64,000 bases of DNA from NCBI RefSeq assembly GCF_009834535.1, contig NC_045696.1, forward strand, positions 72,046,001 to 72,110,000, in the 5' to 3' direction. The notes under the pieces were generated by a model. It worked only from the letters and a program-made list of their open reading frames with translations, did not search any database and was not told where the DNA came from. This DNA comes from Camelus ferus (lineage: Eukaryota). The position numbers and the translations under genes were made by a program. Below, piece by piece: positions 11,701 through 23,700 of this stretch. How positions within the stretch are numbered: the first letter of the stretch is position 1; the number at the start of each line of letters is the position of its first letter.

Positions 11701-14700
11701 CCTTTATGGTGTTGCAAATGGTAACTGCAGCCCTTTTTTCTTAAAATATATTGATATTGCTCCATATACTGGAAATTTAAACCAGTTAAAATAGTTTCTA
11801 TTCACATATCATAGATGTTATTTACTACATATACTTTTATTTCAAATAAGATATGACATGGAATTGAATTCACTTATATAATTTTGTTATTTATGTGGAT
11901 GATTTTTTATCTTTGTTCCCCCAATTTTCTAATATCTTGCTCTCTGACAGGAGATCTAGTAGAGTGAACAGCTCTTTTTTTCTTGCAGAAGTGATTTAAG
12001 CAGTGTTTTTCCTTCCTCTCGTCAACAAAAGTGAGTCAGGCTTCAGGGAACAACACTGGATTTAATAGTGTATGATAACCTCCCCCTCCCCCCAAAAATC
12101 CTGATTGTTTTGCTGTCTCTAACTTTTAGAATGGGAAAATCTTAATACAGAGAAGTTACATCAGGTTTAATTAAGAAGTAATTTCCAGGATGTGGCCTGT
12201 AGTTGTTACACTTCTTTAGGTTCATCTCCAGCACTTTGTATAATATACAGTGGTCACTGATGATCGTAGTGACCTTCAGGTACTTCCCTGTTCTTCAAAG
12301 GATTACAAGAGATGTCAGTATACTCTGGGTCTTGAGAGAAAGGTGTACTAATTTTAAAAATAGCTTTCAGTAACAAAAGTTGGTATCAAGTATATTAAAA
12401 TAAGACAGATATCTTCCTTGGCATTTGGTTTCATTGTGTGTTTTTGCAATTGAATAATATCTTGAGGATATTATTGTATCTTTAAAGGAGAAGAATCCTG
12501 GACATTTTAGAGATGTGTCTTTAATGGGACATGAGTTATCTAGTGTTCAGAGGTGGTCAAGTTATTGAAATTATGGGAGGTTAGGGAATTTTTAGTTTCT
12601 CAGTTTTAATGGAGAACAGAAGTTGAGGTTTTAATCTGAATTCTAAATATACTTATAGAGAGGAGAGTATGGTGACAGATCAGACTCCAAGGTATAAACA
12701 TTTTTCATATTGCTAGAGATAGGGGTTGGTTTTCATATTTGATTTTGCATAGTCTTGTTTTTACTCTGTGATAGGTGGAAATATTTATGTCTTTGGTAGT
12801 CTTTTTCCTGAAAACCTTAAAAGGCTTATAAATATGTACTGCAAGCAGTGTGGTTTATGGAAAGTTTACTAAGACTCGGATTCATGAGGCCTTTCTGTTC
12901 TTGTCCCATTTCTGCCAATAATAACTGAGGTAGTTTTTGTTCTTTTTTTTTTTTTCTTTTTCTTTTTTTCCCTTTCTCTTTTTTAAATGGAAGTACTGGA
13001 GATTGAACCCAGGACCTTGTGTGTGCTAAGCATGCACTCTACCACTGAGCTATACCTATCCCCACCACAACCAGGGTGATTTTTGAACAAATTCCTTAAC
13101 TGTTTGTACAATCAGGGGGTTGAGGTTTGTGATTGGCCAGTTTGGGCCAGATAAAAAATGCTGGGGTTCTCAGGTGTGTCGCTTAATCCACAGAACACTG
13201 TGGTGGCCTACTCAATGTGTGCCCTACTCATGTGATTTTTTTTTCCCCTTCATTTGCAATAGTAGCTCAGGAAGAACCCAAGTATTTTGCTGAGAGATGG
13301 TATTAGGACTTGTGAGGGGGAAGAATAATAGCAGGGAGACTGACATTGCACAGGAGACCAACTTGGGTGAGAAGGGAAAAAACATGACCTTGATACTGGG
13401 AGAGAGTGGAGGGCCTGATTGCCCTGCTTCATTTTGCTTAGGGTTCAGGTCAAAGGAGACATGATTCTTTGTCAACACAGGCTAGTGAGAAGAGGTTATT
13501 ACAATAGAGAGGCTGTCTAGAGAGAGCTTCTGCTAGGCTCAGTCAAAGGGAAAGAGGTGAATCTTTCAGAATAAGAAAGGAGAATTTTATTAAAAATTAC
13601 CTTGGTTGGAAGGACGCAGGGTCTTGGCTCCTGAACACTGCGAGGAGAAATGTAGAGTACTCCTGTTCTGTTGCTTTCTCACGTTTGGTAAGAATCGCAA
13701 GGAAAACAAGGGGAGTGAGGTGGTGGAGAATTGCACCCCATATCCTTTATAGTGGGTTTTAGAACTGCATGAATACCTGCTAATCTCACTGTTCTGGCTG
13801 GCTAAGTACTGTCTCCTTCTTCCCTACCACTCCTGTAGCATCTGTTTAAAGCTTTGTGCTTGGTTAAAGTTCTGGGAGTACCTGTATTTCCCTTCTAGAG
13901 CTTGAATACATGCTCTTAGGATCCACTTTTAGGAGAATTGCAGGGTGGTTGAACTTCTCTTCCCTCTGTCTAGTTTTCTTCCAAAATGATATTAATTGTG
14001 TGTTTTAGATTTTTTAAAACTTTGTCTAATTAATAGATCAAAAGTAAGTCTTGAGCTAAATGTTTTAATATTTTATGAGGAAGAAGTATTGCTAGGAGTG
14101 ATTAGTCAGCAATATAGAAATACTTAGTCTTTTGTGATTTTATAGTTTCAGTTTATTTTCTGGTTTCAATAGAACAAGTTGAAATCATCGCAGAAGGATA
14201 AAGTTCGTCAGTTTATGATCTTCACACAATCTAGTGAAAAAACAGCAGTAAGTTGTCTGTCTCAAAATGACTGGAAGTTAGATGTTGCAACAGACAATTT
14301 TTTCCAAAATCCTGAACTTTATATACGAGAGAGTGTAAAAGGATCATTGGACAGGAAGAAGTTAGAACAACTATACAATAGATACAAAGGTGAGTGTTTG
14401 CTTGTGACTTTAAAAATTTTGAACCAAGTTTTCCAAAGTTACATGCTTTCTGTGAGATATCAAATAATACAGAGAACATTAATTGGGTGGATGTGTCCCA
14501 CAGAGCTCTGTAGATCTTAGAATTTAAGAAATCTGAGAGAAATTATTTTCCTCTTTTCACTAAAAATTTTCCTTAGCCTTTTATTTCCTTCCCTTTTATC
14601 CTCCCCTTTTTTCCTCCCCCGTGATCCAATTTGAGAATGGGGGCTGGGAGACTGCATTTCCCCCCCTATTTTCATAAAACTCAGATGAGCCAATTTTAAG

Positions 14701-17700
14701 AAAATTTTAAGAAAATAATTTTAATAACCTTTAAAGAATTATAAAATAATATACACCTTTAAGAAGTTAAATAATACATAATAGATGAATATAGAAAAAA
14801 ATAATAGTTTCTTCATCTTTTCCTTTATTTATTCCTCTGAGGGAACCAATATTTAACGTCCTGGTATCAAGCCTTCTATGTCTTTTATGTTTATGCTGAA
14901 AAGATACAGAGAGAGTTTCTTTCAAAATTTTTCCAACAGTAAGATTATATTTCATTCATAGCTCATGCCCAAAAGTCAAAAGATGTGCACGTTTTTTATT
15001 CCTTGAGCTGTTAGCAAACCCCATTTGACAGCAGTGTATTAGTGCCTCTTGCTCCTTGTATTTGCCATTTTTAAATTTTTGCTGTCTGAAGAGTAAATAT
15101 TGGTAGTTGGGTTTTTTGTCTTTAATATGAACAGCAGTTATTTGTATTGTGATAGAAATTGAATTACAGAGTTTATGGTTTTTCTGATACTCTGTTAAAA
15201 GTGATTTCTGTAGTAAAATTAAGAAAAAAATAATTTCTTTCGTGTATGTCTGTGGTTTTCTTTTGCAGGGGAGAAGGAATAATTAGGTTTGTTACTTATT
15301 TATTTTTTTAATGAAGATACTGGTGATTGAACCCAGGACCTCCTGCATGCTAAGCGCGTACCCTACCACTGAGCTATACCCTCCCCCCACGAGTTTCTAT
15401 ATGTGATGCTGTTTAGAATGCATCTGTAAAATGTGAATATGTTCCCTATATAGGAATGTCTGATTTCTGAATGTGTATGAGTGTGAGACATTTTCCACAT
15501 GAATAAATGAGACTTTTAAAAATCAAGTGCTCATCTGTATATATACTGCTGAATAGAGTGCTGTTTCGGAGGCAGAGTGGCTTTAAATATTACAGGGGGA
15601 GAATATCTGTTAGAGTAATACTGCTTCATGTTTTTGGTCTATAGTGATTTTTTTTTTTAATGGAACACAAAGAATTACCTTTTTCAGTTTCAGGAATAGT
15701 TTAGTAAACTATGGCACTAATTTAATACTGCATTATTGTTTTTAAAGATCCTCAAGATGAAAACAAAATTGGAATAGATGGTATACAGCAGTTCTGTGAT
15801 GACCTGGCACTCGATCCAGCCAGCATTAGTGTGTTGATCATTGCGTGGAAGTTTAGAGCGGCAACACAGTGCGAATTCTCCAAACAGGAGTTCATGGATG
15901 GCATGACAGAATTAGGGTGAGTAGATACTTACCACAGGAAATTAGGTAAATTATGAGAATTACAGTGGAACTGACATTTGTGCCCCCAAATAATGGTATA
16001 AATAGAAATGGGCTGATACGATAGTTCCTTCTGTGTCAAGTTATCTGTCAAGTTAGTACAACTTACTCTGTTTGCATTATGCTTTTATTATTTGTTTCTA
16101 ATGGAGGTTCACTGGTATTAAAATTACTGTGCCTTAGTATTTTACATGGAAAAGTGAAATGAGCAAGTTTTATTTCCTAATAGAAGGCTATGAACTGAAT
16201 TTATAAACAAACTAGAATTTAAAATTTTGTGGGGAGGGTATAGCTCAGTGGTAGAGCACATGCTTAGTATGCACGAGGTCCTGGATTTAATTCCCAATAC
16301 CTCCATTAAAATAAAAATAAATTTTAAAAACTAATTTAAAAAATCATAGAGGTTACTAATCACTTTTTTTCACCCACAACTGATTAGCTAAATGTCTTGG
16401 GATAAATTAGATTGAAAAGTCATGGGTAGATGTTTTATCCATGACCTCTAGTTGTCTGTATTTAATGAGGCTGCAAAGTCTTCTGTGGAAAGGTAACCAG
16501 CTGCCCTTTCTGTTTTTAGTAGGTGCTGTTGAATGATAATAGCTAAACATTTGTTGAACATTTATTTCAGATATTGTGCTAAGTAAGTACTTCAGCTACC
16601 TCTTCACAACAACTTTGTGAGAGAAGTAGTGTTTATATTTGAATTTTAGAGATGAGGAAATGGAGATCCAGAGAAACTATGGAGTTAGGTAGCTAAAGCC
16701 AGAATTTGAACCCAGGCATTCATATTCTTGAGCCTGAGGGACATTGTAATCAGTCAGAGTCCAGACAGGACACCAAAACCATACCAATAATTTGAACAGG
16801 GTAAATTTTAAAAAATTGTTTTATTGTGTAAAAAGGGCACAAAGAAAACTCAAGTATAGCAGAGGTGGCAGTTGGAAAAAGCTGCCACCAACCCTGGAGC
16901 TGAGGGAAGTAAACAAGGAAGGAACCTAGAAACCTAGGATCTCCACAAGGCTGAGAGTGAGACCACAGAGGACAGTGCCTGTGGGGCCTGTGATGCCTGC
17001 CTTGCCTATCTTGCTGGTGAAGAAGTTGTTAGCTAGGGGCCACTTGTTGCAGAGCTATGCCAGTTGCCACCTTTGGTGAACACTGCGGGGACGTCCCAGC
17101 AGGCCACAACTCTTGCTTTCTTCAGAAAACAAACGGATAAGAACAATTCCTTCGCCCTCTTTCAGCTTTTCATTGCCTTCTATTGGACCTAACAGTTAGC
17201 CAGCTGGCAAGAAAAATGAAGTCTCACAATTTGTAGTGCCCTGCAAATAGCCACGTAATTGGGCAAAGAAGGGTGGGTTTAAAGCTGAGAGACAATCAGT
17301 TAATAACTGGCCTAGGCACTGTGTTCTAAAGCCAAAGCTAGCCCTGTCCTGAACTTGCTGGAATTTTCTATGCTAGGACAGATTTCATTAGAACTCACTT
17401 TTCTATTTTTTTTTTTTTTCATTTGAAAGTGAATTCATGTGAAATTTAATGAACTTCCAAATCAAAATTTTAATTTATAAACTAATAATCTTGCTGGTAT
17501 TATAAACAACATAAAAGGAAAATAGAAGAAAAATGATTTGAAGGAGAAGCAGTGGCATGATTGGTTTGTGCAGTCTATAGACACAGATATTTCTACCTTA
17601 AGGATGTTATGTGGAAAGTAGGAATTGGTACTTGGACCTTTTCAACTCCATGGAAATTTGCTTTGCAAATATAGAAAAAGCTTTATATTGATTTAAGTTC

Positions 17701-20700
17701 AGTTGAAGATGGTATGGGGCATAGCTGATGTTTATTATGATACTTTGTATAACAAGAGGTTTTCCAGAGGAATGCTTCCTCACCTAATCAAGGGACTGCA
17801 CTTTCAGTTTGTTTGGAAGCTAGACATGTGATTTGTTACCATGTGATGAACATCTACCACAGTTTAACTGGTGATTGTTTTGCTGATTACTATACATTCT
17901 CATCTGTTCACTACAACTGACTTCTGCAATTCAGGTGTGTTGATAGTCCAGTGAATTACATAGTTAAAAGTAACAGCCTATTTATTTTAAAATTGTAGTT
18001 ATTTCTAGCAGTCACCCCAGATCTTCTGCCAGCTAGCCCAATACTTGTTTATATAGTATAAAAAGATGAAATCTCAAATGATTTTTTTAAAAAGAAGTTC
18101 TATGAAATATAAGCTATTGTAGGAATAAATAAACTAAGCTCTTAATTTATGGCAAAAAAATTTATCTTTTATAAACTTAATTTTACAATATAGATGTGAC
18201 AGCATAGAAAAACTAAAGGCCCAGCTACCCAAGATGGAACAAGAATTGAAAGAACCAGGACGATTTAAGGATTTTTACCAGTTTACTTTTAATTTTGCAA
18301 AGAACCCAGGACAAAAAGGATTAGGTAAGAATTTTTTAAAATTATATTTGGTGTTTCAGATACTCAAATACATTGACAGTGTCACTTTTGTTTTGTAATA
18401 GAGAGTTCTGTGTTTTGAGCATAAAGTCTTATCAGTTACTGAAAGACAATGAGAAACAATGAACTTCTAGCTAATCAGAAAATACCCTGCCCATTCAATA
18501 ATATGGTTGCCTTGTATACCATATGTGAACCATGGATTTTTTTTTTTTAAGAACTACAATACAGAAAATAAGTAGTTGTTAAAATTCCACTGATATACAT
18601 ATGTATGTTTGCTTATTTATTTATTTTTCAGAAGATGTTGTAGGATCTTGGGATCATAAATTATTTCACTATGGATCTGTTGAAATAGCATTTTAAAACT
18701 TCTGAGTCATAGAATGTCAGATAAATTTATTTTTTGGTTATGATTTATTTGGAAACTATAAGATTATAAAAGATGATTATCATTCATAATTTTATCCAGA
18801 AGTAGCCGCTGTTAACAGTTTAGATCATAATAGTTAAGTAATAATAATACATTTGCTTTGGGAATGCCTAGGGGAAGTGGAAGTAAAAGCTACAGTGTAA
18901 TTTGCCAGTTACTCAGAAAAAATAGACAGTAACAGATAATACAGAATAATAAATATGTGTGAGGTTCTAGATAAAAGAAGAAATGCGTAAAAGCAGGAAT
19001 GGTTGGGAAATGCTTCCTGGGCAAGATGGGATATGAACTAAAGGGTTTGATATTTGTCTGGGCAAGGGGAGATAAATGGTGTTCCAGTGAGAGGATAGTT
19101 ACAAGCGAAGGTCTGAGATGTCAGGAATAAGCATGGCTTCTTTGTGGAAGAGAGAAAACAATTTGATTTTAGTGAGAATGCTTGTTCGGAGCTTAAATTT
19201 GTGAGATACACTAAGGCTTATAAAGTCTTCTTTTAAAAACAGGACAAACCTAGAAGAAAACATAGGCAAAACATTCTCCAACATAAATCTTAGCAATGTT
19301 CTCCTAGGGCAGTCTACCCAGGCAATAGAAATAAAAGCAAAAATTAACAAATGCAACCTAATTAAACTTAAAAACTTTTGCACAACAAAGGAAACCATAA
19401 GCAAAACAAAACAACAACTTGCAGAATGGGAGAAAATATTTGCAAATGATACGACTGACAGAGGTTTAATTTCCAGAATATATAAACAGCTCATATAGCT
19501 TAATAACAAAAAAGCAAACAACCCAATACAAAAATGGGCAGAAGACTTAAGTAATTCTCCAGTGAAGACATACAAATGGCCAATAGGCACATGAAAAAAT
19601 GCTCAATATCACTAATTATCAGAGAAATGCAAATCAGAACTACAGTGAGTATCACCTCACACCAGTCAGAATGGCCATCATTCAAAAGCCCACAAACGAT
19701 AAATGCTGGAGAGGGTGTGAAGAAAAGGGAACCCTCCTACACTGTTGGCAGGAATGTAGTTTGGTGCAGCCATTATGGAAAACAGTATGGAGATTCCTTA
19801 AATAACTAAAAATAGACTTACCATGGGATCCAGCAATCCCACTCCTGGGCATATATCCAGAGGGAACTCTAATTGAAAAAATACATGCACCTCAGTGTTC
19901 ATAGCAGCACTATTTACAATAAGCCAAGGCATGGAAACAACCTAAATGTCCATTCACTGGTGACTGAAGAAAGAAGTTGTGGTATATTTATGCAATGGAA
20001 TACTACTGAGCCATTAAAAAGAAATAATGCCATTTGCAGCAACGTGGGTGGACCTAGAGATCGTCATTCTAAGTGAAGTCAGCCAGAAAGAGAAAGGAAA
20101 ATACCATATGATACCACTTATATGGGGAATCTAAAAAACAGGAAAAAAGAGGACACTAATAAACTCATCTACAAAACAGAAACAGACTAGCAGACATAGT
20201 AAACAATCATGGTTACCCAGGAAAAGTGGATGGGAAGGGATAAATTTGGGAGTTTGAGACTTGCAAATGTTAGCCACTATATATAAAAATAGATTTAAAA
20301 AAAGTTTCTTCTGTATAGTATAGGGAACTATATTCAGTATCTTGTAATAACCTTTAATGAAAAAGAATATGAAGATGAATATGCATGACTGGGACATTGT
20401 GCTGTACACCAGAGATTGACATATTGTAACTGACTGTACTTCAATTATAAAAACAGGACAGAAAGGCTTAAATTGAAAATATCAGCGGTGGAGATGCACT
20501 GGAGATTTTGATGGTGGCAGTAACTTCCATTTAATATGAGCTTTTAGTGTGCCTGGAAATGTGCAAAGTACTTAACATATACTGACTCATTTAATGTTGA
20601 ACAACTTTATGAGTTATACAGTCTTTCATTCCATAATTCACCAGCTGCTATTTTGCCAGTCATAGAGTGCTAGACATTTTTTATCCTTATTTTGCATATG

Positions 20701-23700
20701 AGGAAACTGAGGCTCAGCAAGTTAAATAACTTACCCAATGATGGAACTGAGTTTTTATTTTGAATATTACAGTAGTAGGAGAGGCTAAATAGGAGTCTTT
20801 TTACTAGTCCTTCTTTATATTTTAGATGAGAGAGAAAAAAAGCATTGAGAAAAGGATTATGTGAATAGGAATTAGACCAAGGAAGTGACTGAAAGTTAGA
20901 GGAAGGGATGAGTGTACAACATTTGTATTGGGAAATTGGCCTAAAGAGCAACTAAACATGACTGAATTGATTAAAGATTTACAAAATATCTAAAAAGCAA
21001 AATTTGGAATAATGAAGTCTCCTTTTCAACTGAATCTTCAATTTAGATTGGATTTTATTCTTACAGGAAAATTCCTCAGTTTGCAGGAATAATAAACTGG
21101 GATACCTAGTGTTAGGTTCTCTGTCTTCTACCTGTGGCCACTAGTTAACTGGGCTGTTTTCTCTAGTCCCTTCTTTTCTTCCTACAAATAAAAACCAATT
21201 AAAGTCTTTCAATTTAAATATATTTTTATATATTTATATATATATATACACACATACTAAAAAGAATTACACTTGTGTTTTTGATTAGACTTTTGTTATG
21301 ATTAGAGAAAATGTGAATATCAAATGTTGATTTAAAGTGGATGAACCTATTAGTTACATCCCTGCCCCTTACTAGAGCCCAAAATAAATGATATTTTTGG
21401 GTGATTATGTAGTTTTGACACTGAATCAGTTTTTATTATGTTTGGTGAAAATAGAGAAAATAAAATTTTATAGCTATTAGGTATATTAATATGATAAATT
21501 TGAATTTTAGATTACTGAAAAAGTTGAGAAAAATATGAAGAATTAGGTTTTAAAATTTCGTTTATTCTATTATCTGATAAGTATTGAGCTTAAGAAAAAG
21601 ATAATATTGTTTAATGGGTATAGAGTTTATATTATTCAAAATGAAAGAGTTCTGGAGATTCATTGTACAACAATGTAAATGTACCTAACATTACTGAAAC
21701 TGTACACTTAAAAATGGTTAAGATAATAAATTTTGTGTGTATTTAGCCACAATTCAAAAGTTGTTTTTTAAAAAGTCCAAACCATAGAATATATGGCACA
21801 GAGTGAGCCCTAATGTAAAATAGTGGACTTCAGTTAATAATATTGGTCATCAGTTATAAGAAACATACCACACTAAAGCAAGATGTTAAAAATAGTGGAA
21901 GTGTGAAGAAGGCAGGAAAAGGTATATGGAAACTGTGTGCTTTTGCTGTGTTTTCCCGTAAACCTAAAACTAAAAAAATCTTAATTAAAAAAAAGAAAAG
22001 TGTAATAAAGGACAAATCATAATTTCTCTTTTTGTTTTGCATTGGTGTTGAGTGTCAGGAAATATAATGACTTGCTTGGTTTAAGAACTTAATTTAAAAG
22101 AAAACAGCTTTCTTGACAGCCCTTCACAAGGTTCTTAAATTATTTTATATATAATATAAAAAATATTTGGCAGAAAAGAATTAGGAGATTATAGGAGAGT
22201 AGGTGAGGCCCAAAACAAATTGGCAAAGAGGAGTGACAGCACTGTAGTTTATGTGAGAGCTGGTATTTTCCGTATTTTCTCACTTTTTTATAACCTTGTT
22301 TCCTGTGACACCAGGATAGGGTACTTCCTCTGTCACCATCTGCTTCAGTCACCTGCCATTTTTGATAGTCTTTGAATCTTAAATTTGGAAGGGATTTCAT
22401 AAATCCTCTGTTAAATCTAACTTATCCGAAGTAGCATCCATACCTGATGCTCATTTAGCTTTTACTTTTGAACATACAGGCATTGGACACACATTCTTTT
22501 AGGAAGTGGTCCATTCTCATCACAGAATACTCTTTTTATCACATAGTTCTTCCTTATTAAGTTAACATCTTTGTCTTTGGAACTTCTACCAGTGTTCTTC
22601 TTTGTCCTCTGCTGCAGTACAAAGGAAGTCTAGCTGTTTAAAGATTGCTATCATTTACCCTTTCTCCTTTTTTTTTTTTTTTCAGATCAGCATTCCAATT
22701 ATTTTAGCTGTTCCTCATTTGAGAAGACCTTTGTTATTCCTGTTACTGTCCCCCCAGATACTTCTAATTTCTCAGTTTCTCTGAAAATAGAGTTCTTAAA
22801 GCTGAACATAATATTCCAGAAAAAGGCTGTTTAATGTAGAACACCATGGGTCTGTTATTTTTTGAGACTATTCATTCTGTTAGTTTGTTTATTTATTTAT
22901 TTATTTTTTTGAGTAAATGTAGACTTATTTAGAGAGATACATACTGTATAGAGTGTAGGCTGTTTCAAAAGGCAAGAGAAAGGCCATGAGATGTGGGGGC
23001 TGGGTGCTCAGTTAAAGTAAAAGTAGGTATACATTCCACAGACAGAGTGCGGGCCGTCTCCGAAGACAAGGGAGAGAGGTGGCCATGAGGCATGGTGTTG
23101 CCAGTTTTTGTGGGCTTGGTAGCTTCATACCTACAAGTGGGAGGACTTTTCCAGCTACCCTGGGAAAGGGTCTGGGATTCCCAGGAATTTGGCCACCACC
23201 CACTCTTTGACCTTCTATGGTTAGCCTTGGGACTGTCATGACGCCTGTGGGCATGTTATTTATCAAAAAATTACATTTATTCTTTAACATCCATGTCATT
23301 TTTAGGACCTTCCTGAACTTTATTAAAGTCTGTAAGTTATTTTCTTATGAAGTGTTGTGGTTCAGTTAGACTCCTATTCCTGTGCGATTGATTAAAAAAT
23401 TTTTAACATTTACTTTAATATTTAAAAATAATTTTATAGAGTGTTTTGAAGTATATTTTCAGTTACTTAATCACATGTGGTTCTTATAACAACCCTTTGA
23501 GCTAAGTAAAAAAATGTGTTATCCTCTTCATCATAAAGATGAGGACACTTAAACGTTCACAGAGGCTGACTTATTAAGGTCATATTAACTCTAGAGTTGG
23601 TAGAATTAGGACTCAATGTCAGATCTTCTGACTCCACATTTCTTTTTTTTTTTTGGTTATATTGTGCTAACTGTAGATACCTCTAGGTATATTAAGATAT

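Noticed and set aside
12921..13085. Possible TSD aactgaggtagttttt / aaccagggtgattttt around the SINE
   Set aside because: Five mismatches in 16 nt, so too diverged to call
14179..14520. 113-aa ORF as a standalone gene
   Set aside because: It is exon 2 read through the donor at 14390 into the intron; the same applies to 28589-28939 around exon 5
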